The translations under genes and the position numbers were made by a program. Shown one piece after another: positions 45,406-53,342 of a stretch of DNA of 64,000 nt; within the stretch, counting starts at the first letter, position 1, and every line of letters begins with the position of its first letter. The DNA is taken from assembly GCA_964574415.1 (NCBI GenBank), contig CAZNNM010000009.1, forward strand, positions 4,975 through 68,974. The letters run 5' to 3'. This stretch comes from an uncultured Rickettsiales bacterium (GTDB lineage: Bacteria; Pseudomonadota; Alphaproteobacteria; Rickettsiales; CAZNNM01). The notes under the pieces were generated by a model. That model was not told the DNA's origin. It saw only the letters and a program-made list of their open reading frames with translations, and searched no databases.

Positions 45406-46026
45406 CTATGCTATAAAATTTCTTGAAGGATTCGCTAATTGCTCTGCAAGTATCTTGCGGGCGCGATAGACGCGTGTTTCCACGGTTTTAGCCGTTACGC
45501 CCAGAAGCTCAGCGCATTTTTCCTGCGAATATTCTTCTACTGCAAACAGAATAAGCGCGGTTTTGAGTTTATGTGGGAGTCTTTGGATAGCTTTATCAAG
45601 CACGGAAAGGTTCCGCCGCAACTCCACAATATCTTCTGTAACGGCGCCTGAATCTGGGATCGTATCATAATAACCAGCCCCTTCATTATCCTCTTTGCTA
45701 TCCAATGAAAATATCTGCCGTATTTTTTCCTTCCGTGCCATATCACGGCACATATTAATAGCAATGTGGTAAAGCCACGTGGAAAATGCATAATCAGGAT
45801 TATAGCTATCTGCCTTAAAATGCACCCGTATAAACACTTCCTGTAGAATATCATAGGCCGTATCTGCATCTTTTACATAACGGCTAATAAATGCATACAG
45901 CTTGTGTTTATAACGCTGCATCAGCACACATAAAGCAGGTTCGCTGCCCTGTGCAATGTAGGACATTAATACGCCATCAGATAGTGTATCATTAATGGGA
46001 TGAGTGTGCATTTTCGTACAACGCAT
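45406..46026 (-). CDS. ECF-type RNA polymerase sigma factor (CnrH-like position)
   Basis: Sigma70 region 2 (LYAFISRYVKDADTAYDILQEVFIRVH...FSTWLYHIAINMCRDMARK) and region 4 (ALILFAVEEYSQEKCAELLGVTAKTVETRVYRARKIL). Confidence 0.85.
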   Translation of the reverse strand: MRCTKMHTHPINDTLSDGVLMSYIAQGSEPALCVLMQRYKHKLYAFISRYVKDADTAYDILQEVFIRVHFKADSYNPDYAFSTWLYHIAINMCRDMARKEKIRQIFSLDSKEDNEGAGYYDTIPDSGAVTEDIVELRRNLSVLDKAIQRLPHKLKTALILFAVEEYSQEKCAELLGVTAKTVETRVYRARKILAEQLANPSRNFIA

Positions 46027-46435
46027 CCGTTATCAGAGTATTGAGCTGCTTGTTTTGCTCTGGCGTTAATATAGGCCGCATCTCAAACAGATGCTCAAGG
46101 CTCAACTTCTGCAACTCGCCCATCGCATTATGAATCTTATCGATAGCTTGTTGCACCTTAGGCGAAAATGATGGATTTTCATTAATAGCATCCGCCAACT
46201 CCCTATTGGCAAGGCGGATGGTTTCTTCCAGACGTAATTTACGTTTCTGATATTTCACCTCAATCTCTTCAAGCTGTTTATCTTGTTCAGGCGTTAGGTT
46301 GAGTTTCTCATGCAAGTAACGATGTGTATCCACCGCATCATGCCCTGCATAACGCTGGCTGATATACATTGCACCCAATCCAACGACTAATACTATAATA
46401 CTAAGCAATAAACTGCTGAAATAACGTCTTTTCAT
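45992..46435 (-). CDS. CnrX-like periplasmic metal-sensor protein
   Basis: One N-terminal TM helix, then HRYLHEKL...LEEIEVKY...ANRELADAINENPSFSPKV...LEHLFEMRPILTPEQ...LITDAL. By my recollection of CnrX, this aligns with LHEILHE...ANGKLADAIAKNPAWSPEV...HVFEMR...LIDAL, including the His/His/Glu/His/Met ligand positions. Confidence 0.65.
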   Translation of the reverse strand: MKRRYFSSLLLSIIVLVVGLGAMYISQRYAGHDAVDTHRYLHEKLNLTPEQDKQLEEIEVKYQKRKLRLEETIRLANRELADAINENPSFSPKVQQAIDKIHNAMGELQKLSLEHLFEMRPILTPEQNKQLNTLITDALYENAHSSH

Positions 46436-46728
46436 TTTGTTCCCTCTAATAATGTAGATGGTAAATATCCGACTTGGGCAGAAAATATATGCAATCCCAT
46501 TTCACGGCTGAGAGATTGCCCCTGCTGCAGCACATTCCCTGCGCCCAATCCCACCACCAATGCCAAGGCAATAGACGCCACACTAAGCTCCCGCCATGAG
46601 AAGCCTGATGAGGCTTGCCTCGTATGCACTCTCTGCAAAACATCCTGCTCCAGCATATCCAACTTATAGGCTTTCCGTTCATGTTTAAAATGCAAAGATA
46701 TAAGTTTATCAATTGGTTCCCTTGGCAT
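46432..46728 (-). CDS. small single-pass membrane protein, CnrY-like anti-sigma candidate
   Basis: 98 aa with one central TM helix (VASIALALVVGLGAG). It is the first gene of the three-gene set and overlaps the next gene by 4 nt. Size and position match cnrY in cnrYXH. Confidence 0.5.
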   Translation of the reverse strand: MPREPIDKLISLHFKHERKAYKLDMLEQDVLQRVHTRQASSGFSWRELSVASIALALVVGLGAGNVLQQGQSLSREMGLHIFSAQVGYLPSTLLEGTK

Positions 46729-46826
46729 AATGCATCCTTATATATTCCGCTTATATATAGTATACGAATATAACAGAACTATCCCTCAAAAAAAATAATC
46801 CGCCCCACTCCTCCCTAAACACCCTC

Positions 46827-46855
46827 TTGACGAATTATATATGCAACGTTATAAC
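46827..46855 (+). promoter_or_regulatory. putative sigma70 promoter for the 46885 operon
   Basis: TTGACG (46827-46832), a 17-nt spacer, then TATAAC (46850-46855). AAGGATAGG lies before ATG 46885. Confidence 0.45.
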
Positions 46856-46884
46856 ATTACATGTATAAAAAACAAGGATAGGCT

Positions 46885-48195
46885 ATGTCATCATTCGCAC
46901 AACGATTTGGTTTGACCACAAAAGACAGTGGAAACAACAGCATCCAGCAAGAAATTATCCTCGAAACTATGAGAGACGCACAAGAAAGCCTGGCGGAGCA
47001 GATGTCTGAAAGCACACGCTCGGCTGATAATCTTGCCTCTATCCTTACTCCTCAGGAAGAAAACTTAGCCGAACCTGATACAGACACCCTCTCCCTCACA
47101 CAGCTGCTCAAAGCAATAGACGATGTAACATCGCTAGAAGAACTGTCTACCTTAGTACAGCATTATGAAGAACTCTTACAAAGCTGGAGCGAAAAAGCGG
47201 CCACTCTGCGCAGTAAAGAGCATCTGAAAGAATATCTCTCCATTACAGCGGCACTTTCCATGTTACAGAAAATGATCCAGCAACCTGGGTTCATAGTAGG
47301 CAAAACACTCTCTGAAACCCTCCATACTAACCTGCTAACACAGCAGAAACCTATAGAACATCAGATCAATACCTTGCTTGCTGAACAACCGCATGTAAGG
47401 GTAAGCCATCTTGCGAACATCGCCCCACTTCTCCACACTCCCGCGCCATTAGCCACCCAGGATGCTGCGGTTAGGCATCTGCATCATACCAGCAAACCAT
47501 TATCTGCTCAGGATATTGCGGTAAAACATACACACCCTGCCACACAGCATCGTGCTGAAATAGCCACCGTAGCACAGCTACCCAAGAACCAGAACCCAAA
47601 GGAACAGACAATCCCTCACACGACTACACCGTCTGCACACATAACACAGCAACCACAGGAAACACGCACTACAACTACCCTTACTGTGGTGCAACCCCTT
47701 ATCCAACCGACCAAAGTACAGACACAGCCACAGGAAAAGCTTATCCCAACCGCCATTGCTATACAGCCTGCCACAGCCAAGCAATCTTTGCCGCTATTGC
47801 CTAAAGAAATATCCACTACTAAGCCCCATGATCACCCACAGGCTTTGGCGAACTCCACCTATAAACCGCTTGCCCGCGACACCTTAAGCCATGCTCATAT
47901 TTGCACGGCAAGCTGTAATCACACCCAGGCCGTTACCGCACCGCAACCCAAAGCACTGGGGACAGACACTGTCAGCAAAGCCCAGGCACATGGCCCTGGC
48001 TGTGGTTGTTCATCTTGCAGTGGACATCAGCACATTACGCACCAACACCAGCCTCAACCTCAGCAGCCTCAACCTCAACCGCAACCCACGCCTACCCCAC
48101 CAGCACATGAACACGGCCCCTCCTGTTCATGCTGTGGACATGGCGCAAGAGCAACGGAAATCCAGACATCACAACATATGGCACGCATCAACTAA
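46885..48195 (+). CDS. hypothetical Gln/Pro/Thr/His-rich protein with C-terminal Cys-His metal-binding-like motifs
   Basis: 436-aa ORF. It has an acidic helical N-terminal half and a low-complexity middle (HTxxP/QPQ repeats). The C-terminus has HGPGCGCSSCSGHQH and HEHGPSCSCCGHG. No family recognised. Confidence 0.55.
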   Translation: MSSFAQRFGLTTKDSGNNSIQQEIILETMRDAQESLAEQMSESTRSADNLASILTPQEENLAEPDTDTLSLTQLLKAIDDVTSLEELSTLVQHYEELLQSWSEKAATLRSKEHLKEYLSITAALSMLQKMIQQPGFIVGKTLSETLHTNLLTQQKPIEHQINTLLAEQPHVRVSHLANIAPLLHTPAPLATQDAAVRHLHHTSKPLSAQDIAVKHTHPATQHRAEIATVAQLPKNQNPKEQTIPHTTTPSAHITQQPQETRTTTTLTVVQPLIQPTKVQTQPQEKLIPTAIAIQPATAKQSLPLLPKEISTTKPHDHPQALANSTYKPLARDTLSHAHICTASCNHTQAVTAPQPKALGTDTVSKAQAHGPGCGCSSCSGHQHITHQHQPQPQQPQPQPQPTPTPPAHEHGPSCSCCGHGARATEIQTSQHMARIN

Positions 48196-48204
48196 AGGAT
48201 AATT

Positions 48205-48897
48205 ATGACAAAACCTCATCATCACTCTCACCCTCTTACACGCCCAGCAACCTCTCAAGGCTTTGACTGGTTGCTCACTTTGCTCAAACATCTTCTCCAA
48301 GCAAAGCCCAGCAAACATGGCCTGATAAAAGGGAATTTTTCTTGCCAAGAGGCGAGTTATGTGAACCCCATCATCAATGAATACCGAAAGAAATCCGGCA
48401 ACATCTTGCTCGATCAACACGAGCATCACCCTGAGTTCACACTGGAAGAACAGCATTTCGCAATCAAAACAATCGCTAAAGAGGTTCAAAAGAATGCGAT
48501 ACCCATGCCAGTTATCAGCCAAGAACCGCATAAAATTATATATGGCGATGCCCACAATCCTGATGCCCAGATCACCTATACCTTCTCACAAGGCGCATGG
48601 GTGATTACCCCAGGCAAAAATGCAGAGGCTGTGATTATTGACCCCGCGGGCAAAATCATCGAAATCAAACCAGGCCTGCATGTCGAGCAGCATGGCAATG
48701 GCGGGCATTTAAAAGTAGCACATGCACATGACCACCAACATGCCCCCACGCATCATCACTCTGAACATGACCATCATAAAGCACATAAACACAGCCACCA
48801 CCATGACGGCCCCTGCTCACATGCATGTGGCCATGGAGCCACCTCCCATGAACATCATCACCATCACGGCCATCAGTGCGGCCATCACCATCATTAG
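48205..48897 (+). CDS. histidine-rich putative metal-binding protein
   Basis: 230-aa ORF. The C-terminal 60 aa are more than 40% His, with HHHDGPCSHACGHG and HHHHHGHQCGHHHH. It starts 10 nt after the preceding gene. Confidence 0.6.
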   Translation: MTKPHHHSHPLTRPATSQGFDWLLTLLKHLLQAKPSKHGLIKGNFSCQEASYVNPIINEYRKKSGNILLDQHEHHPEFTLEEQHFAIKTIAKEVQKNAIPMPVISQEPHKIIYGDAHNPDAQITYTFSQGAWVITPGKNAEAVIIDPAGKIIEIKPGLHVEQHGNGGHLKVAHAHDHQHAPTHHHSEHDHHKAHKHSHHHDGPCSHACGHGATSHEHHHHHGHQCGHHHH

Positions 48898-48907
48898 AAA
48901 GTAAGCC

Positions 48908-49153
48908 ATGCAACCCTCTTTCTTAAAGAAGAATGACATTATTATCCTGGTGGAATCCACCGATAATGGCAAACCTGCCTGGTGGTATGTCAAATGCCAT
49001 AACCGCATTCTGGCCGAAAAACTCAAAGGCGTATGCCGCTTAGGGCATTTGGATACTATTCCCTTAGAGGAATACGGCCAGATCATCCTCTCCGGCTGGG
49101 GAACCACCCCTCCGCCTGAGGCTATCAAACATATAGAAGATTACCATCTTTAG
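48908..49153 (+). CDS. small hypothetical protein (paralogue of 13564..13818)
   Basis: 81-aa ORF with WWYVKCH...LEEYGQIILSGWGTTPPPEAI, the same signature as the 84-aa ORF at 13564..13818. Confidence 0.5.
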   Translation: MQPSFLKKNDIIILVESTDNGKPAWWYVKCHNRILAEKLKGVCRLGHLDTIPLEEYGQIILSGWGTTPPPEAIKHIEDYHL

Positions 49154-49176
49154 GATTTTATAGTGTCAAACACTTA

Positions 49177-49359
49177 CTTGATCGGCGTTGTTGCCTGGCT
49201 CTAAAAAATGTCATTCCAGCGTAGGCTGGAATCCAGTTATAGACTGGTGAGCATAGCGAGCTCTTTATATCATATAGTGTTCACTAACGCTCACAAGCAT
49301 TACGCTGGATTCCAGCCTTCGCTGGAATGACGAAAAAAGAACCATGCAACAACGCATCC
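49177..49359. mobile_element. MITE-like palindromic element (~55-bp terminal inverted repeats)
   Basis: The left end is CTTGATCGGCGTTGTTGCCTGGCTCT...GTCATTCCAGCGTAGGCTGGAATCCAG. The right end is its near-perfect reverse complement, CTGGATTCCAGCCTTCGCTGGAATGAC...GAACCATGCAACAACGCATCC. Confidence 0.6.
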
Positions 49360-49384
49360 AAAACCCCCATATTAGGAGATAAGA

Positions 49385-49978
49385 ATGACCGTTTTTATAG
49401 GCCTGCCAGCCCCTGAGTTCACCTCACCCACCCTCATGCCCGATGCGAGCATAGACTATAATTTTGCACTCACCGCCTACCGTGCACAGCAAAAATGCGT
49501 TTTATTCTTCTATGCTATGAACTTCGCCCAAGTTGATCCCACCGAATTAATCGCGCTTAGCCAAGCCTATCAGGAATTTACCCAGCGTAACACCAAGCTC
49601 ATTGCCATCAGCACCGATAGCTTCCTCGCCCATCAAATGTGGCAGAAAATCCCTGCTGGCAAAGGCGGTGTCGGCAGGCTCCCTTTCCCGCTTGTGTCTG
49701 ACTACACCAAAGCCATCGCTAAAGGTTATGACGTGATTATGAACAACACTTTCGCGATGCGCGCCACCTTCATCATGGATAACGAAGGCTATGTGCGCCA
49801 CCAATCCATCAATGATTTCCCGATTGGTCGAAGCATACACGAAATCCTCCGCATCCTCGATGCCATGGACTTCCACACTCAACACAACCAACTCTGCCCC
49901 GCCAACTGGCAAAAAAATCAAAAAGGCATAGCCCAGCATGATGAATTTGCACGGGAGTATTTGAGCGCAGCGAGTTAG
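49385..49978 (+). CDS. AhpC/Prx1-family peroxiredoxin homologue lacking the peroxidatic cysteine
   Basis: Colinear with typical 2-Cys Prx (LVSD...RATFIMD...ILRILDA...CPANW). The active-site block FYPxDFTFVCPTE reads FYAMNFAQVDPTE, with Asp at codon 49535-49537. Confidence 0.75.
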   Translation: MTVFIGLPAPEFTSPTLMPDASIDYNFALTAYRAQQKCVLFFYAMNFAQVDPTELIALSQAYQEFTQRNTKLIAISTDSFLAHQMWQKIPAGKGGVGRLPFPLVSDYTKAIAKGYDVIMNNTFAMRATFIMDNEGYVRHQSINDFPIGRSIHEILRILDAMDFHTQHNQLCPANWQKNQKGIAQHDEFAREYLSAAS

Positions 49979-49981
49979 ACA

Positions 49982-51424
49982 TTACTGCCAGAGATACAGC
50001 ACCGCATAACTACGCCATGGCCGCCAGGCTTGGGAGATAGACTCAGCTTGTTTAGCCGTCACCCCGCCTAAATGCTTGCGGATGGCGATATCTTCTTTGG
50101 GAAAAGCATCCGGCCATTGCAAGGCTCGCATGGCGATATAATGGGCCGTCCACGGGCCAATGCCTGGCAGGGCTATAAGTTTGGCCATAGTTTCATCAGG
50201 ATGCGCACCTGCTTCGAGCAGAAGCTCTTCTGCCACATAGGCTTTTGCAAGCGCAATAATACTCTCTGCACGCGTGCGAATAATGCCAAGCTTTGCAATA
50301 TCATCAACGGTGGCCTGCGCGATACGTTCAGGTGATGGAGTAAGAGAGGTGAGCGTTGTATAGGGCGTATGATAGGCCTCACCAAAGGCCTCCACAAACC
50401 GGCAGGCAAGTGTCGTTGCAGCTTTGACCGTTATTTGCTGACCAAGAATTGCCCGTATCGCCATCTCAAACCCATCAAATGCACCTGGCACGCGTAAGCC
50501 AGGATAGGCGCGGATACGTGCTTGCAAATGAGGGTCTTGCTGCAAATGTTCTGCAATACTATCCGGCCGTGCATTAAGATCAAATAAATGACGCACCCGT
50601 TGCAGCACAATTGGCAATACCGGCACTAACGAAGAGGCACATTCGAGCATAAGTGCATGTTTCTCAGGCGCGTGGGTTACTTTTATCCAACCGGTATATT
50701 CCCCAATCCGCACTGTTCTTGCATAAAAGCTTTCGGTTACAGACTCCACTTTTTGAATCATCCGCCCTTGCAGGAAACGGAGGATACTCTGCCAATCATA
50801 CGGTGGGCGATAGGCAAGCTGTACGGTAAAGGTATCATGCGTTGCCAACATGGGGGCATATTGGGTGACGGTTTTGCGTAGCTGAGTGGGGGGCATACGG
50901 TAATGGGTATGGAAAGCATCATTAAACCGCCTTACACTCGCAAAACCGCTGGCAAAAGCAATTTCGGTAATAGGTAATTGGGTTTCAGTGAGGAGTTGCT
51001 TGGCTAATAAGAGCCGTCTGGTTTGCAATAACTCGAGGGGAGAGACGCCTAATTCTTGTTGGATAATCCGCCGTAACTGCCGCGAGCTGAGTTGGAATTG
51101 CGCGGCAACTTCTTCTAAACCTTGGCCATCTTCTATCATGATGTGTTCCATGCGTTGCATCATAGACTGAGCAATACGTTGCATATCATCCACAGGCGCA
51201 GCGCCTGGCGCTAATTCGGGGCGGCAACGTAAACAGGGGCGAAAACCCACTTTCTCTGCACGTTCTGGCGAGGAGAAAAACAAACAATTTTCCTGTTTTG
51301 GCGTTCTAGCAGGGCAGATAGGCCTGCAATAGATATGAGTTGAAGTTACGCCCACAAAAAATAATCCATCAAAACGCGGATCACGGGATTTTAGGGCGTT
51401 ATAGGCTATAGTAGGGTCAATCAT
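49982..51424 (-). CDS. Ada-like Zn-finger/AraC regulator fused to AlkA-type DNA-3-methyladenine glycosylase II
   Basis: N-terminal Ada Zn-binding motif (YCRPICPARTPKQENCLFF...GFRPCLRCRPE), an AraC HTH (IAFASGFASVRRFNDAF), and a C-terminal HhH-GPD region (LIALPGIGPWTAHYIAMRAL...PDAFPKED). Confidence 0.85.
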   Translation of the reverse strand: MIDPTIAYNALKSRDPRFDGLFFVGVTSTHIYCRPICPARTPKQENCLFFSSPERAEKVGFRPCLRCRPELAPGAAPVDDMQRIAQSMMQRMEHIMIEDGQGLEEVAAQFQLSSRQLRRIIQQELGVSPLELLQTRRLLLAKQLLTETQLPITEIAFASGFASVRRFNDAFHTHYRMPPTQLRKTVTQYAPMLATHDTFTVQLAYRPPYDWQSILRFLQGRMIQKVESVTESFYARTVRIGEYTGWIKVTHAPEKHALMLECASSLVPVLPIVLQRVRHLFDLNARPDSIAEHLQQDPHLQARIRAYPGLRVPGAFDGFEMAIRAILGQQITVKAATTLACRFVEAFGEAYHTPYTTLTSLTPSPERIAQATVDDIAKLGIIRTRAESIIALAKAYVAEELLLEAGAHPDETMAKLIALPGIGPWTAHYIAMRALQWPDAFPKEDIAIRKHLGGVTAKQAESISQAWRPWRSYAVLYLWQ

Positions 51425-51481
51425 GGTGGTGGCTTGATATAAAAATACATCCTGTCATTGATAGTGTATCATCTTGAATTT

Positions 51482-51590
51482 TTGTCATCCCGGACTTGAT
51501 ACAGGATCCACCGCTATGGGGGCACTCTTTAGAAGAACTAAGCTCTTAGCGCCAGTCTTAGTGGATTCCGGATCAAGTCCGGAATGACAA
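51482..51590. mobile_element. MITE-like palindromic element
   Basis: 30-bp terminal inverted repeats: TTGTCATCCCGGACTTGATACAGGATCCAC and GTGGATTCCGGATCAAGTCCGGAATGACAA. Confidence 0.6.
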
Positions 51591-51738
51591 GTTATAAAGA
51601 TGATACTCTACCCCATTCCCCCTCCCATAACCAGCCATTTTCGGACATGGCAATTTCTTCAAACACCCCGTCCGAAAATGGCTAGTAATATCTGCCTCAC
51701 GCTTTATAGTAATACCAAGATCATCGCAGGAGGCGTTT

Positions 51739-52230
51739 ATGCAATATGTTTATAAAACCTTATCATCCCCTGTAGGCAAGTTGAAACTTGTGGCCAGTGC
51801 GCAAGGGCTTGCGGGAGTGTTATGGGAGAATGATAAGGCATCACGCGTACCGCATCTTGCTACCCCCACCGAACAACCACAGCACCCAGTCTTGCTCATC
51901 GCAGAGCAGCAATTACAGGAATATTTTGCAGGCACTCGCACGGTATTTGATCTACCTTTGGATTTTTGCGGCAATGATTTCAGCCAAAAAGTATGGCACG
52001 CCCTGCTGACCATACCCTATGGCCAAACCCGAACCTATAGCCAGATTGCAGAGGCTATTGGCAGTCCAAAGGCCGCCCGTGCGGTAGGTATGGCCAATTC
52101 AAAGAACCCTATCTCTATTATCGCACCCTGCCACCGTGTTATTGGGGCGAATGGAAAGCTGACAGGATTTGCAGGCGGGATGGAGGCGAAGGCGTATTTA
52201 TTGCAGCTTGAGGGGATTCATATACTGTAA
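51739..52230 (+). CDS. ogt: methylated-DNA-protein-cysteine methyltransferase
   Basis: The active-site motif PCHRVIG and the surrounding IPYGQTRTYSQIA...NPISIIAPCHRVIGANGKLTGFAGG are present. Confidence 0.9.
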   Translation: MQYVYKTLSSPVGKLKLVASAQGLAGVLWENDKASRVPHLATPTEQPQHPVLLIAEQQLQEYFAGTRTVFDLPLDFCGNDFSQKVWHALLTIPYGQTRTYSQIAEAIGSPKAARAVGMANSKNPISIIAPCHRVIGANGKLTGFAGGMEAKAYLLQLEGIHIL

Positions 52231-52243
52231 TAAGCAAATAAAA

Positions 52244-52273
52244 ATGCCGGTACGCCACCTGACGTACCGGCAT
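52244..52273. terminator. rho-independent terminator between convergent genes
   Basis: ATGCCGGTACG-ccacctga-CGTACCGGCAT. On the minus strand it is followed by TTTTTATTTG, so it serves 52292..52882. An A-run on the plus side precedes it. Confidence 0.7.
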
Positions 52274-52291
52274 TATCGGTGTAAGGTAATC

Positions 52292-52882
52292 TTATGGCTG
52301 TTGTACACTGCCCGTAATATTGACAACCTGGCCATTTTGGAAATGCACAAAGCCATTTGGCATACGCTTATACCAATATTGCCATGCATTAGCTTCCAAA
52401 GATGGGGTTTGATGTGCCGGTGGATAACCGCGAGCCAGTATCACCTCATCTTTGGTCATGCCCTTTACAATACGGCATTTATTAATAGCCGCTAACGCCT
52501 CAGCACTATGCCCTGCAAGTGAGGTTGGCTCTTTTGAGAACATACGGCTCATAATATCATCGTCAGAGACCTTGGTATATTTCTCTACGTTCTGAATCGT
52601 AAAGCTGCTATTATCGCTTAGGCTTTTAACATGTATTTCTTTCCCAAACAAACGCGTCACCGTTTTCACTTCTAACTTGCTATTCACAGGATAGCAGTAC
52701 TGCACACCATAATTGGTGGTGATATGACGGTTTTTCTCTACATAGAAACCATGTCTTGCATAAACAATCTCGCCTTTGGATTCTACGACTTGCTGGTTAT
52801 TCTTATTTCTAGCATGTCCCTCTACAGCAAAGCTTGCTATGCATAGGGTTGCAGCTATTAGTATAAAAACACTTTTCTTCAT
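52292..52882 (-). CDS. secreted protein with SmpA/OmlA(BamE)-like C-terminal segment
   Basis: I prefer the start ATG 52882 (MKKSVFILIAATLCIASFAVEG, a signal peptide). The C-terminus has GMTKDEVILARGYPP. The longer 286-aa call reads through MITE sequence. Confidence 0.55.
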   Translation of the reverse strand: MKKSVFILIAATLCIASFAVEGHARNKNNQQVVESKGEIVYARHGFYVEKNRHITTNYGVQYCYPVNSKLEVKTVTRLFGKEIHVKSLSDNSSFTIQNVEKYTKVSDDDIMSRMFSKEPTSLAGHSAEALAAINKCRIVKGMTKDEVILARGYPPAHQTPSLEANAWQYWYKRMPNGFVHFQNGQVVNITGSVQQP

Positions 52883-52984
52883 AACGTTTCCTATTATCGC
52901 TATTGGTATTACTACACAGTGCCTAAAACTACTGTAAGTAGTAGGAGACTGCAATAGGTTTTGTATTCTAATGTGAACTTCCTT

Positions 52985-53320
52985 GAACTTGGCCGGATTG
53001 TTGCATAGTTCTCCGTCATTGCGAGGCCACAGAGTGGCCGTGGCAATCCAGGGACAGGTTTCTCGGTTCTTTATAGGCACCTGGATCGCCACGCTACGCT
53101 CGCGATGACGGGTATATGCCTTGTCATCCTTGGACTTGATCCAAGGATCCATCCTAAACAGAGAGCAACAATACGGCTTTGAATGATGCTATGTATTTCA
53201 GATGGATTCTTGGATCAAGTCCAAGAATGACAGTGCTAATATTTTCATGCAAAAAATATAAATAGGAGTAGATGACGATACAACAAGAATATATGAAGCC
53301 AGGCAACAACACCAAGCAAG
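52985..53320. mobile_element. nested cluster of MITE-like palindromic elements
   Basis: Inner element 53015-53110: CGTCATTGCGAG...GCAATCCAGG / CCTGGATCGC...CTCGCGATGACG. Inner element 53121-53233: TTGTCATCCTTGGACTTGATCCAAGGATCCAT / ATGGATTCTTGGATCAAGTCCAAGAATGACAG. The outer arms resemble the GTTGTTGC(A/C)TGG ends of the 49177 element. Confidence 0.55.
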
Positions 53321-53342
53321 TTGACCTATGACAAAAGTAAAA

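Noticed and set aside
42412-46712. Overlapping alternative-frame ORFs in the cop/ECF region (42412..42630, 44591..44782, 45537..45869, 46446..46712 and plus-strand ORFs inside copA)
   Set aside because: Each lies within or across genes that carry strong family motifs in another frame, and none has recognisable features.
52883-53152. N-terminal 90 codons of the 286-aa call for 52292..53152
   Set aside because: It reads through MITE-like inverted repeats (53015-53152). An internal ATG at 52882 gives a canonical signal peptide.
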